A program made the position numbers and the translations under genes. From Terriglobia bacterium (GTDB lineage: Bacteria; Acidobacteriota; Terriglobia; 20CM-2-55-15): a stretch of 64,000 nucleotides of DNA. Where the stretch lies: positions 3,912,288-3,976,287 of the forward strand of contig CBDCKF010000002.1 of assembly GCA_965218085.1 (NCBI GenBank), read 5' to 3'. Below the pieces are notes generated by a model. It ran no database searches. It saw only the letters and a program-made list of their open reading frames with translations, and had not been told where the DNA came from. This document shows, one piece after another, positions 40,338-52,047 of this stretch; within the stretch, counting starts at the first letter, position 1; every line of letters starts with the position of its first letter.

Positions 40338-42063
40338 CCCGGATGGGTCACCAATCCGGGAATCGGCTGGTTTTCGGGTACGAGAAACGAATTGCGGCGA
40401 GTTCTGAATCCTGGAGTCGGTGAATCGGGGGAATCAGTCGTTGTTGAGGACGTGAGGTCGACTCGTTTGGCACGACAGGGACATGATTCGGCGTGTGGAG
40501 GCAGACCTCGGCCCTGTGCAGATGAAGAAGTGAGTTTTTCGGTTGTGGGTGAATCGTGTCGTCAGCAACGAAGCGGAATCGACTGCAGGTTCCGCATGAT
40601 AAGGGCGAAGGTTTCGGGATAGGGATAGGCCTCCGACATCGAGATCCAGACGTTGCGGACCGTCAGGCGGATTCGGGCGCCGATTTTGAGAAGCTTCAGA
40701 CGGATGGTCCCGCACTGGGCATGGGCCATCGCGGTATCTTTGAGCCCGAGGCGTCGCAGGGCATGCATGAGCATGTACGCAGCTGAGGAGAGATAGAGCC
40801 GGAGCTGATTGGCGCGCATGGTCGCCGCGCTGGTCCGGTCCGCAAATAGGTCCAACTGCTGTTCCTTGATACGGTTCTCCATGTCGCCCCGCGCGCAGTA
40901 GAAGTCCTCATACAAAGCGCGGGCTTGGAAGCGTTCCGGCGGCAGGGAGGTCACGATGAATCGGGGATTGGCGCCCTTGTCCAGGAACTCCGCCTTGCCG
41001 ACGACGCGTCGCGCGCGGGTCCAGCTGTTTAGAGTCCGGTACTGGAAATCCTTAAACACCCGCGCCGGTTTCCCGGTGGCGTTAAACTCCGCTTCCGCCT
41101 GAACCATTTCTTCAGCGATTTCTTGCTTGAGACGACTGTTCTTGGCCAACCCGATCACATAATCGACCGGATGGGATTCACACCAGGCGAGCAGTTCATC
41201 CCTGCAAAAGCCCGAGTCGGCCCGGATGATGATCGATACTGTGGGCCACACCTGTCGGATCTGACCGACGATGCGCTCTAACTCATCCACCGCTCCGTCG
41301 GCCCCGTCAATGTTGGAACGCCGGAGCCGGGCGCACAGCAGATGTTCTCCCGAGAAGATGTACAACGGCAGGTAGCAGTAGTGGCCGTAGTAGCCGTGAA
41401 AGAACCGTCCTTCCTGGTTGCCATGGATCGTATCGTCGGTGGCATCCAGGTCCAGAACGATCTCAGAGGGCTCCGATTCGTGGGCCGCGATAAACGCGTC
41501 GACCATCCACCGGTCGATCTTGTCGCCATCCATGGCGATCTTCTTGTACCGCTCCTGGCCATCGACCTGCTCTGCGGTCAGTTCCAACCGGTTCAGCGTG
41601 CACTTGCCTGCCAACGCCTTTCCCCGGTCTCCGGCCTGCCGCCGGTTTTCCCCCAGCGGATCGGCCTTCTCCACCGCCACGGCCAGCATCGGATCGGTCC
41701 GTAGCTGGTCGTGGTCGTTCAGGTCCTCATAGCCCAAGCACAGCCCATAAATCCGCTGGCCCAACAACTCCTTCACGCTGTGTTCGATCAACCTCGGGTC
41801 CCGGTGATCGGTAAAACACTGCTCCAGTCCGGCGATCAAACCCGTCCGCTTCTCGACTTCCCTCAACAGCAGAACACCCGCGTCGGAGGTGATCTTTCCG
41901 CCGTCGAATCGCGCCTTCACTTTCCGTTGAAAAAGTCCGTGAAATTCGAACGTGGCTTGGTTACACTCTGTTCTCATAAGGGCCGTCTCCGTTTGGGTTT
42001 TTAAACGTTTCTCGTTAAACGCTTTATGCCAAACAGGGCGGCCTTTTCTGGTCCTATCCGTGA
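40338..42063 (-). mobile_element. IS1380-family insertion sequence (~1.73 kb) nested in istA
   Basis: CTAG at 40334-40337 and 42064-42067. Imperfect terminal IR cccctatatttcacgg / cccggatgggtcacc. Confidence 0.7.
40562..41977 (-). CDS. IS1380-family DDE transposase
   Basis: MRTECNQATFEFHGLFQRKVKARFDGGKITSDAGVLLLREVEKRTGL is the characteristic IS1380 N-terminus. Confidence 0.75.
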   Translation of the reverse strand: MRTECNQATFEFHGLFQRKVKARFDGGKITSDAGVLLLREVEKRTGLIAGLEQCFTDHRDPRLIEHSVKELLGQRIYGLCLGYEDLNDHDQLRTDPMLAVAVEKADPLGENRRQAGDRGKALAGKCTLNRLELTAEQVDGQERYKKIAMDGDKIDRWMVDAFIAAHESEPSEIVLDLDATDDTIHGNQEGRFFHGYYGHYCYLPLYIFSGEHLLCARLRRSNIDGADGAVDELERIVGQIRQVWPTVSIIIRADSGFCRDELLAWCESHPVDYVIGLAKNSRLKQEIAEEMVQAEAEFNATGKPARVFKDFQYRTLNSWTRARRVVGKAEFLDKGANPRFIVTSLPPERFQARALYEDFYCARGDMENRIKEQQLDLFADRTSAATMRANQLRLYLSSAAYMLMHALRRLGLKDTAMAHAQCGTIRLKLLKIGARIRLTVRNVWISMSEAYPYPETFALIMRNLQSIPLRC

Positions 42064-43424
42064 AATATAGGGGCTAGACTCATCAATCCCAGGCAGGCCC
42101 GGTACCCCTGTTCCGGATGCGGCCACCGTTTCATGATTTCCTCGACCAGGCGGCCGGTCTTGGGGCCAGTTTTCTCCGCCCAACTAATCAGCCGGGACGG
42201 TGTCCATTCCGCATGGGCCCGATGGGCACTGGGCATATGTTCGGACAGAGTCGACGGCTTGTGATCGTAGCGACGGCGATGGGACGTCACGCGCCGGCCT
42301 TTGTAGTAGACCTCGACAATGGACGCCGTGTAACGCGCTTCCACCCTCTCATGGATCAACTGGTAGGGCACGCTGTAAGGATGGCGGTCCACGGTAATGT
42401 GGTAATCGATGCTGACACGACAGTCCTTCCACTCGGCCTGTTCATACCGGTTGGTCGGGAGGGGCTGTAATGCCGGTCGATCCAGCCGCTGGTAGAGTTC
42501 CAGGCGGGATACTCGAAGCTTCTGCATCGGCCGCTGGTTCAGTTCCACCAGCAACGCTCGAATGGCTCCGTTCAAGTCGGCCAGACTGAAGAACGTGCGA
42601 TTCCGGATCCTGGCCAGGATCCACCGCTGTGCGACCAGGACGGTCGATTCAACTTTCGCTTTGTCCCGAGCTTTCCGCGGCCGGGCCGGTATGACAACGG
42701 CGCCGTAGTGTTCGGCCTCATCCTGGTAGGTACGGTTGACGCCTGCTTCATAGCGGCCGGGCTGGGTAATGGCACTCTTGAGTTGGTCGGGAACCCAGAT
42801 CCGGCTCGATCCGCCGAAGAACTCCACCATGCGGATATGCACGCCGACCCAATCGGGGAGTTTCTGGCTCGGTGTCGCTTCCGCGTAGGTGTAACCGCTG
42901 GCGCCCAGAACAGCGACGAACAACTCGACTGGAATAGCTTTGCCCGTCCGTGGATCCGTCAGCTGTGGCCGTTTGCCGGAAAAGTCGATGAAGGTCTTCT
43001 CTCCGGCGCGGTGCACCTGTCGCATCGAGGGCTTCAATTTCTGGGCCCAACGCCGGTAGATCTCACAGAACTGGCTGTAGGCATATCCCTTTGGATTCGC
43101 TTCTCGGTACTCTTCCCACAGCAGGTGCAGGGTGACTCCAACACGCTTCAACTCCTGGTGGATCCCTTCTACATCCGGAGCCACCCGTTCCCGGGAGCCC
43201 GGTCCCGCGCGGGGAAACAGCCGCGCTTCAAGCGCTGCCTCGCCCAGGTCTTCGGGCAGCGGCCATTCCAGTCCGGCCTGCTTGGCCCGTCCCAAGTAGT
43301 CCGCAACGGTGCCCAAGCCCACGCGACATGCGCTGGCGATCGCCCGGTGGCTGAGCTGTTGGTCGTGTTTGAGTCGTAGAATCTCGCGTATCTGTCTCAT
43401 CGGTAGTCGTTTCGTTGCCATCAA
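42054..43424 (-). pseudogene. istA: IS21 IstA transposase 5' part (truncated by the nested IS)
   Basis: HTH plus DDE core. Ends …ACLGLMSLA then IS-derived PIFHG*. Confidence 0.85.
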
Positions 43425-43626
43425 GGCCCTCCTGTGCTTCAGGAGAACCTAAAAGCTCCAAACTTCGCTACCGACGAGTGATCACGATGGCCGGAATCGG
43501 TGTTCAGGATCACCGGAATCACTGTTCAGGATCCCGGAATCCGCGTTCACGATCCCGGAATCGGTGTTCACGATGGATCGGAATCAGTGTTCAGGATGGT
43601 CCGGAATACGCACCACCCACACGTGA

Positions 43627-44405
<779 letters not shown>

Positions 44406-45090
44406 CTAGGGTGTAGTCACGGGGGCAGGTAAGTTCTGTTTCGTCTATTCAACAGCAGGGGCACCTCTCCATGGAGTGCCTTCTGATTGTGGGAAGTGAT
44501 TCTGTCCTTTCCCGCCTAAGGACCGCGCCAGACCACCTCCCACTCTACGGGGCCCTCAATGACTCCCTGTGCTGGTGTGGCTGTGTAGCCTCCACACATG
44601 GGCGGTGGCGATAGCAAGGCATCTGAAATTTTTAAAAATTGGACACGCAGCCACACCACCGATAGACCCACCCACGGCTGGGGAGGTTGCCATGGGGGGT
44701 TCTGAATGGGTCCCATCCACTTGTGGGGACTTTTGGGGGGACCACCTGCATGACGGAGTGTTACGGTCCGCTACGCACCTTGGGTTAACCGATTGAAGGC
44801 AAAGGTGGGTGACGATTGACAGCGGTCGGTGACATTCGGTGTATGTTGTTGATAGTTGCCCCAACGTCAACTCTGACTCTGCCTGTCGGGGTTCGAATCC
44901 CTGCCTCCCAGTTATTCATGCCAGACAACCCAACTCGCTAGAGGGCATCACCACAATTTACAACTTAGGGATTCTGTGCGAATGCCCACCGGCTACCAAA
45001 GTCGTCTACACAGACGATCAACGTTTACGCCAGCCGGGCACCTATCTACTTGAGAACCAGAGTGGGATTGGCCGGGCTCGGATCGATAAG

Positions 45091-46472
45091 CTATTTGTAG
45101 AAGGAGTGCTGTCGTTTGGTCTCATGCTGAGCTGGTTCCGACGGTAGGAGGTCTGGATCCAACCAGAGGAACTCGGCAAAACCGGGAGGTCCAGCGACCT
45201 CGCCGGATTCGACATCGTAGTGGAAGATTATAGAACGGTGTTCGTTTTTGATCCGCACCTCGCTCGAGCCGATGCGGACCCGAACCCCCGGATGTATCAA
45301 TCTCCGCACTTCGATGCAGCAGTCCGAATACTGGGCATCTTCGGTCATCAGGCCGGACAGTTCCCCGATGCCCTCTTCCTGTTCCGTCTTCTCGCGCGAT
45401 AGCTCTTCCTCGTCGAGCCCGCCTCGTGGGTCCGGCTCCAATGCTCCGCTCGTCCGCTTGATTTGAGATTCGTCGGCGTCGGCTCGAGTGGCGGCATCAA
45501 GCGGAATTTCGTCCAGGGACTGGGGCGGCTTCACCCCTGTGGCAAGGATCGTGCGCAAGCAATTGACGTGCCCCGCGATTCCCACCTCGATCCGTTTCTG
45601 TGCAAACAGGCCGCCACCGAGAACCCTCCCCGAAGCCGGCAGAGTGATACTTTCACCGGAAACGATCGTGCTGTGAATGGCCTCTTTCACGACGGTGACC
45701 TCACCCTCACTCTCCAGATAGGAACCACTGACGTATCCGACCTTGATCTCACCCTTCGCATAGACTCGACTGCCTGGCAAAACGCCCTGACGGATCACCA
45801 GCGTGCCTCCCGCCCTCACATCGGCACAGTCCACGACACCCCCAACCGACACGTCGCCACCGGCATGAATGTGGAATCCGGGAAGGACGTCACCTTCCAC
45901 GTGGACCGCGCCTTCGCATTCGATGCTTCCCATCTCGTAATCGAGATTTCCGGCAACCCTGATTAGGTCCATTACCTCAATTCGGTGCCACCCGCAACCA
46001 AGCCCGTCCCCGGACCGGCAGTCACAGTTGCACATTTGCCCGGTTTTGCCAGAATCTCCTCGCCAAGAACATTTGTGCCAGGTGTCCCTGGGGTGGGCAA
46101 GACGATTTGGGCGATCAACTGGTCCTTCTCGATGGAGGTAAATGACCCTCGATCGCGAAAATCAACGCTATCCGACTCGTCCCGAAGTCCCACTGTGTTC
46201 CGCATGTACTCGACCCTCATCTCCATGTTGCCGGCTTCTCCGTCGATCGGCTGAGAACCATGTGCCACCGGATGACGGGCACGATCGCCGGCCGGCACCT
46301 CGTCGACCCGGCTGATTAACTGATGGCATGCTTTTTCATCGACACCGTGACACACTCCCGCCTCGTCCAATGCATGTTTGATGGCGTCGACTGTGAGTGA
46401 CTCGCCGTCCTGCAACCTAACCTCGATGACGGCTTCCATCTTGTCCCGACTGGTATTGACCACAATCGGCAT
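45091..46472 (-). pseudogene. FapA/DUF342-like protein (N-domain plus beta-helix repeats) with a frameshift near 45975-45990
   Basis: ORF 45972..46472 is the FapA N-domain. ORF 45091..46035 carries the GxVxxGxxV beta-helix repeats in another frame. A 1-nt difference in a gaa(a)tt run would fuse them. Confidence 0.5.
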
Positions 46473-46477
46473 CTTGG

Positions 46478-46672
46478 CTACTTTTTCCCGAACCGCGTTT
46501 TTATCTTCTGGGCGAATGTAATTACGGAAGATTGCCCGTTTAACAATTCAGAGGCGGTATCACGATCCGTTTTGCTCCGCTTCGTCATTCGCAGCTCATC
46601 TTCAAGCCGTTTCAGGAGTTCTTCAAAACCATCAAGTTGGAACTCTTCAGTCGGCGCAATTGGATCGCTCAT
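46478..46672 (-). CDS. Small hypothetical protein upstream of the FapA-like gene
   Basis: ORF only. The start is uncertain. Confidence 0.3.
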   Translation of the reverse strand: MSDPIAPTEEFQLDGFEELLKRLEDELRMTKRSKTDRDTASELLNGQSSVITFAQKIKTRFGKK

Positions 46673-47230
46673 TTCCCGACCTCCCTGGCCTGTCTTTGTG
46701 CACATCGCCACCCAACACGATTAATAAGTAAAAATATAGCTATAATAATTAAAATTATTCTGGATATTGAGCAAGAAACCTCACGCTAACGGTCGGACAT
46801 TTGACAATCTATGAATCGAAGTGTCGGCAGACCGACACACGACCCGTTAAGGAACGCATCGGAGTCGCATCAAAATCTATCCATTTAACTTACTTATTTT
46901 AAATTATATATGCTTCGATCGCAGGCAGAGGGCGCGATGAAATCGATCAGAGAATCTGGCGCAACCCGTTCGACTCGATCGAAAAATGCCTCAATCCGCC
47001 GGGAATTCGGACGTTTTACTTAAGACTTCGCAAACAAATGAAATAACAGTAAATTCGAACGTTTTCGCCTCAAGATTACGTCTAATTAACTTGAGGCAGT
47101 GGCGAAACACTACGCATTTCTGTTTGTCATCCGAAATAGGGATTCGTCCAATTGGGCTCGACAAGACATCGGGGACGAATTTCCATCGACGCGGGCGAGT
47201 CCAGCTTGAGTCGAGTCCAAACGCGGAATA

Positions 47231-47926
47231 GTGGATCGAAGCCTTAATTGGAGGGCTTACATGGATTGGCGGCAAGAGCCTGGGGGAGCGGATTCGAACC
47301 GGATCGATTATCAAAACCTCTTTGAAAACTCTGTTGCCCCGATGTTTCGAACAGCGCCAAACGGGCAGTTTCTGCTGGTCAACAAGACGCTGGCGAAACT
47401 TCTCGGCTTTGAAACTTCTGAAGAACTTGTAGCGTCTCTTACCGACATCAAGAATGAGATTTTTGTGGTTCCGGAGGCGTCCGGCGAAAGGAGAGAAGGC
47501 GAAGAACGAGAATTGGTCGTAAAGAGGGAGGGTACACTCGCTCGACGAGATGGTGAGATCATCCGAGTCTCGATCCATGCCCGCGTCGTCTTTGACGAAG
47601 ATGGTAAACCCTCCTATAGCGAAGGCATATTGCTGGACATTACGGATTGGCGGAAATGGGAAGAAGGTATCGCTCCGACAGTCCGACAGCCAGATCAATT
47701 TACGCGGATGGAATCTATCTCGCCCACGGAGAAGCGGTTCAAGAATCTATCGAAAAGGGAAACTCAGATCGTGCGTGCCATCCTGGATGGTAGCCGAGTC
47801 AATACGATTGCGCGCTCCCTCGATCTAGCTCCGAACACGGTACGCCAGCATCTTCAGTCAGCTTTCAAGAAGCTCGGGATCCGATCTCAAGAAAAGCTGA
47901 TCGAACAATTCAAAGGAATAATCTGA
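47231..47926 (+). CDS. PAS-domain LuxR/GerE-family transcriptional regulator
   Basis: PAS fold N-terminus. C-terminal LSKRETQIVRAILDGSRVNTIARSLDLAPNTVRQHLQSAFKKLGI HTH. Confidence 0.7.
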   Translation: MDRSLNWRAYMDWRQEPGGADSNRIDYQNLFENSVAPMFRTAPNGQFLLVNKTLAKLLGFETSEELVASLTDIKNEIFVVPEASGERREGEERELVVKREGTLARRDGEIIRVSIHARVVFDEDGKPSYSEGILLDITDWRKWEEGIAPTVRQPDQFTRMESISPTEKRFKNLSKRETQIVRAILDGSRVNTIARSLDLAPNTVRQHLQSAFKKLGIRSQEKLIEQFKGII

Positions 47927-47978
47927 CAGGCCAAACCACGCTCACGCCAACGGCTCTCCTGGATAAACGTAATTTCTG

Positions 47979-48308
47979 ATGGCTGAAACCGAAAAAGAAA
48001 ACGATCTGCTGGCAGAAGAGGAAGACCGGACAACTCTGTCCGAATTGTATGCCAAATATGGACTCGACGAACGCGGTCAGCGGAGTTTTGGCCCTTATGT
48101 AACTGTATGGCGCAACGCAGCCGTGCTGGACACGAGAACATCCAAGCGAAATTCATGGCGTGACCGACAAGTATCGAGCGATGAGGGCTGGCTGATCTTC
48201 ATGTGCGGCATGGACTACGAAGCTGTGCCTCCAGTGTCGGTTCCAGAGAGCGAACAGTTACAATCCGAACTTACCGAAGCCATCGCGTTTTGTGAGGGGC
48301 ACCCATGA
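47979..48308 (+). CDS. Hypothetical protein
   Basis: ORF with reasonable codon usage. No recognisable domain. Confidence 0.35.
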   Translation: MAETEKENDLLAEEEDRTTLSELYAKYGLDERGQRSFGPYVTVWRNAAVLDTRTSKRNSWRDRQVSSDEGWLIFMCGMDYEAVPPVSVPESEQLQSELTEAIAFCEGHP

Positions 48309-48857
48309 GTCCTATGCCTGTGGCGTAAAAATCCGTAGCGGGACACAAAAATGCGAAAGGGTCGACCGGTAACACACTCACTTAGCCATGGCATCCGTGA
48401 ATGCCCAAGTCGATTACTGGCCAAACCCCAGATCTAAGAGTTCTTTTTCAATGCCTCAAGTGAAACCCGGATTGCTCCACGTTTCGCTCGCGGCTTCGTG
48501 CCAATAGTCGCCTTGGTTGCTACCAAAATCGACCCAATCGCAGAGACAGTGTCATTCTTTTTTGATCAAGCGTCAACGCGAAAGATTTGCGCGATCTGCA
48601 GTGCGTCAGATGCAATGCACGACCTCCTCAAGTCGGCGGAATAAAACGAATATCGCCTTGCTCCAAGACAATCAATTTTCCGTTCGGGATGGAAAATGCG
48701 CGGCAGGCGTAGGGTAGGATCATTGCTTTGCGGGTGGACTCGCCCCCTAGCCGCGCAGAGGAATCTACGTAACTCTCTAGATCCTCCAATACCGGACCGA
48801 CGGAATAGGTCCTCTTACAGTTGCTGTATTTTTCAAAGTCATGGAAGATAGTGCCTC

Positions 48858-50126
48858 ATGTCTTCTCCGGCAGACCTCAACGACGAACTCTCACGAGCCG
48901 TCGATCGCCTGACGCGCATCGTCGATGCCACCAAGCTGCTCAACTCCACGCTGGACCTTTCGGAATTGACGCGGATCATTTTGCAGATCGTTCGGGACGA
49001 AGTCGGTGTGGAACGTGGCACCGTTTTCGTGGTCTCCGAAGACGGCGAACGCTTGCGTTCTCTGGTGGCTCAGGACGTGGACGAAGAAATCGAAGTCCGG
49101 GTCGGATCTGGAATCTTCGGAGCCGTTGCAGAATCCGGCAAGGTCATCGACATTGACGATGCCTATGAGGATCCCCGTTTCGACAAGAGTTTCGACGCCC
49201 AACTCGGCTTCCAGACGCGCGACATCTACTGCATGCCTGTTCGCAATCGCGAAGGCACGACCGTAGGCGTTCTTCAACTGCTCAATCGCAGCCGGCCGCT
49301 GACCCAGCCGGATAAAGATTTTCTCGCAGGAATCTCCGTGCACATCGGACTCGCGCTGGAGAAGGCCTCGATGCACCAATACATCGTTGAGAAAAAACGC
49401 ATCGAGCAAGAACTCGACCTGGCGCGGGAAATACAACAGGAGTTTCATCCCAAGCTCCCCGAATCCTATGGGGGCGTTCAGTTGGCCGGCTCCTCGACGA
49501 TGTGTTACGAGGTAGGGGGAGATTACTTTTCATTTTTCCCGCTCGACGAGGACGAGCGGTTTATCGTGATGCTCGGAGACGTCTCGGGAAAAGGAATTGG
49601 GGCGGCGCTTGTGATGACATCCGTTCATGCGATGTGCCGCGCCTTAGTCAGGCACGTCCATTCGCTCGAACAAATCACGTACGTCCTCAACCAGATGATC
49701 CTTGAGTCAACCAAGCAACAGACCTATTTGACGCTGATGGTCGCTCTGGTGGACCCGGCCAAACGGCGTGTGCACCTGATCTGTGCAGGCCACAATCCCC
49801 CCATCATGGTCGACGGATCAGGCATCGTCCATCTGCTGACAGAGGGCGGAGGCCCGCCGGTCGGCATGCTGCCCGGAATTCGCTATCACCGTGAGCTGAT
49901 CGACGTCGATCCCGGGGCTGTTCTGCTCTTTTACACCGATGGGGTCAGTGAGGCCGAAAACGAAACTCAGGAACAGTTTGAGACCGATCGTCTCTCAATC
50001 GTTGTCGGGCAGCATAGGAACGAATCAGCCACCACGATTCATGATGCGATACGCGATGCGCTTTCCGGCTATGTAGGTAAAACCCCCGCCAACGACGACA
50101 GCACGATGATCGTCCTTAAGTTTTAA
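48858..50126 (+). CDS. GAF-domain PP2C-type (SpoIIE/RsbU-like) serine phosphatase
   Basis: GAF N-terminus. C-terminal …MLGDVSGKGIGAALVMT…DGVSEAEN PP2C motifs. Confidence 0.8.
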   Translation: MSSPADLNDELSRAVDRLTRIVDATKLLNSTLDLSELTRIILQIVRDEVGVERGTVFVVSEDGERLRSLVAQDVDEEIEVRVGSGIFGAVAESGKVIDIDDAYEDPRFDKSFDAQLGFQTRDIYCMPVRNREGTTVGVLQLLNRSRPLTQPDKDFLAGISVHIGLALEKASMHQYIVEKKRIEQELDLAREIQQEFHPKLPESYGGVQLAGSSTMCYEVGGDYFSFFPLDEDERFIVMLGDVSGKGIGAALVMTSVHAMCRALVRHVHSLEQITYVLNQMILESTKQQTYLTLMVALVDPAKRRVHLICAGHNPPIMVDGSGIVHLLTEGGGPPVGMLPGIRYHRELIDVDPGAVLLFYTDGVSEAENETQEQFETDRLSIVVGQHRNESATTIHDAIRDALSGYVGKTPANDDSTMIVLKF

Positions 50127-50133
50127 GCCCGCA

Positions 50134-50517
50134 GTGCCTCTCCCGCTCTGGCATTTCATCATCGGTGTTATCCGCCTGCGTTGTCTGGTCTGTCTGGAAG
50201 GACATGTTTTCGACGGCTTATTCGAATCCCGGCGGCGTTGCGGCGAGTGCGGCTATTTCTTCTCACGAGAAAGCGGGTATTTCCTGGGATCGGCCTATAT
50301 CGGATATGGCGCGACCGTTACGGTCGCGATCGGAACATGGGTCGTCCTGGGTTACATCGTGGGCCTGGGCTGGAGTTGGGTTGTCCTGGCGGTGATTGTC
50401 TGTGTAGTTGCCGTCTTCCCTCTCTGGTTCTTCAGATATTCAAGAATGCTGTGGATGGCGCTGGACGTGTATCTCAATCCCCCGGTACAGGAGGATTTCG
50501 AGCCGCGCGGTCGTTAG
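50134..50517 (+). CDS. DUF983-like membrane protein with N-terminal zinc ribbon
   Basis: CLVC…CGEC followed by two TM helices. Confidence 0.5.
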   Translation: MPLPLWHFIIGVIRLRCLVCLEGHVFDGLFESRRRCGECGYFFSRESGYFLGSAYIGYGATVTVAIGTWVVLGYIVGLGWSWVVLAVIVCVVAVFPLWFFRYSRMLWMALDVYLNPPVQEDFEPRGR

Positions 50518-50615
50518 TGACCCCGCTTGGGAGACTGACGACTCTGTCCACCTCCCTATTGCGGGTACTCGAGTACGCGGCTTAGAATGGTTCTCTCGCC
50601 GAGTAACCGAGGCCC

Positions 50616-50688
50616 GGCCCCATCGTCTAGTGGTTTAGGACGTAGCCCTCTCAAGGCTAAAACACGGGTTCGACTCCCGTTGGGGCTA
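50616..50688 (+). tRNA. tRNA-Glu (CTC)
   Basis: GGCCCCATCGTCTAGTGGTTTAGGACGTAGCCCTCTCAAGGCTAAAACACGGGTTCGACTCCCGTTGGGGCTA. Anticodon stem TAGCC/GGCTA, loop ctCTCaa. Confidence 0.85.
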
Positions 50689-51242
50689 TTCCCGTAGTAT
50701 CCGGTACGGTCATGTTCGGTTCGGTTTTCATCGAAAACCCCAACAAAAACCAACTTTTCACATCCAAGGCGGTCCGCTCTTGTCCGGTGGAATCCTCAGA
50801 ATACTGATGGAAAAACGAAACGATTGTGCGGTTGGTACAAGAGTAGGAATTTAGCCTAAGAATTCCCCGTGACATTTCCTTACTTTCGTGTAATATTCTC
50901 AATCGCTGGAATTCGGCAATGAATGTCGGCTTTGGCTAGGCTGGTTCTGGTTGGATTTAAGCCCGACCATTTTTCAAAGAAAGGAGTCTTTGACACAAAT
51001 CGGTCCTGTCTCCTATTGAACTCTCCGACAGGCCGGCCAAAGACAGTTTTACTGCAAGACGCGGTGAGATTGCTCCCCCTCGAAACTATAGGCACAAGAC
51101 AGCTCCGGACAAAAGTGTGAAGTGGGTCCGGGCGGCGGTCCTTTCGACAGAAGCGAATCCCGCGTACTCAACAACGATGTTTGATCGATTCAACGAGTAG
51201 CCGCGCGTTAGACAGCCGCGGACAGACACAGGGAGGTTAAGT

Positions 51243-52047
51243 ATGCGACGCAATCTTATCTTAGGAGGGCTGGCTAGCCTGGTGGTGGTAGTTCTAATGG
51301 CACACCCTGTCTTGGCACAGGTCGACCTAAATGGCGACGGCAAGGTCGATGCTGTTTTCACGAAAATAGGCGTACAGCAAGCGAATCCATACAGCCAAGT
51401 CTGCTTCGGCGACGGGGCGGGCGGTTTCTCCTCGTGCAGTGATGTAAAGGGTGGAATTACGGACGAAATAGCAACAAACGCCTTGACCACCGCGGCAGCT
51501 CTGGGCGATTTCGATGGCGACGGCGACGTCGATATCTTCTTTTCGATGCAATCTAGGGCGCCATTTCCAAGTGGAGTAGGTATGACGGCTTCGAATGCGT
51601 TGTGTGTGAACGACGGCACAGGTGCGTTTCCAGACTGCCTCACCATGGGCGCAGGAAAAATTAGCGAAGATGTAGCCCTGGGCGATCTGAACGGTGACGG
51701 CAAGCTTGACGCCGTTCTTGCGAATTCAGGAGGTCCAGCTTTAAGCGAGAAGAACTTCGTCGTTTTAGGCGCCGGTGGACTAGGCACCGTGGGCGTAGAA
51801 CCATTTTACAACACGCAAAACCTCAGCACCGGGGTGGCGCTGGGTGACGTCGACCAAGACGGCAAGCTCGATGTCGTTTTCGCAAATTCCGGCGCGCTGA
51901 ATACTGTTTGTATCAACGATGGCAACACTGCAGGTCAAGCGGGTCAACCTCCAGAACCTTCGTTCACGTGCAGTGACATCAGCCTTGCTCCCCGTCCCGG
52001 GCTGTTTACACCCACCCCTCAGAACACGACCAACGCAGTAGCTCTAG
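51243..52047 (+). pseudogene. Secreted FG-GAP/VCBS-repeat protein, 5' part (interrupted by IS5-like copy 2)
   Basis: Signal peptide. Repeated GDxDGDGKxD FG-GAP motifs. The frame runs into the IS end (…ALAARG…). Confidence 0.7.

Larger units (their letters stand above)
38924..43612 (-). mobile_element. IS21-family element (istA-istB) carrying a nested IS1380-like element inside istA
   Basis: Terminal arrays of ~20-bp repeats (ccggaatcggtgttcacgat) at 38924-39000 and 43470-43612. istB at 39373..40131. istA split at 40337/42064. Confidence 0.75.

Noticed and set aside
43470-43612. Array of ~20-bp direct repeats (ccggaatcggtgttcacgat ×5-6), considered as a CRISPR-like array
   Set aside because: No spacers of constant length. 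The same repeat in inverted orientation sits at the other IS21 end (38924-39000). These are the multiple terminal transposase-binding repeats typical of IS21-family elements.
44676-44912. tmRNA candidate (ggggagg… at 44679 and T-arm at 44887)
   Set aside because: The putative acceptor strands do not pair (no tgggagg partner, no G-U at position 3). No resume codon or ALAA-type tag reading frame was found.
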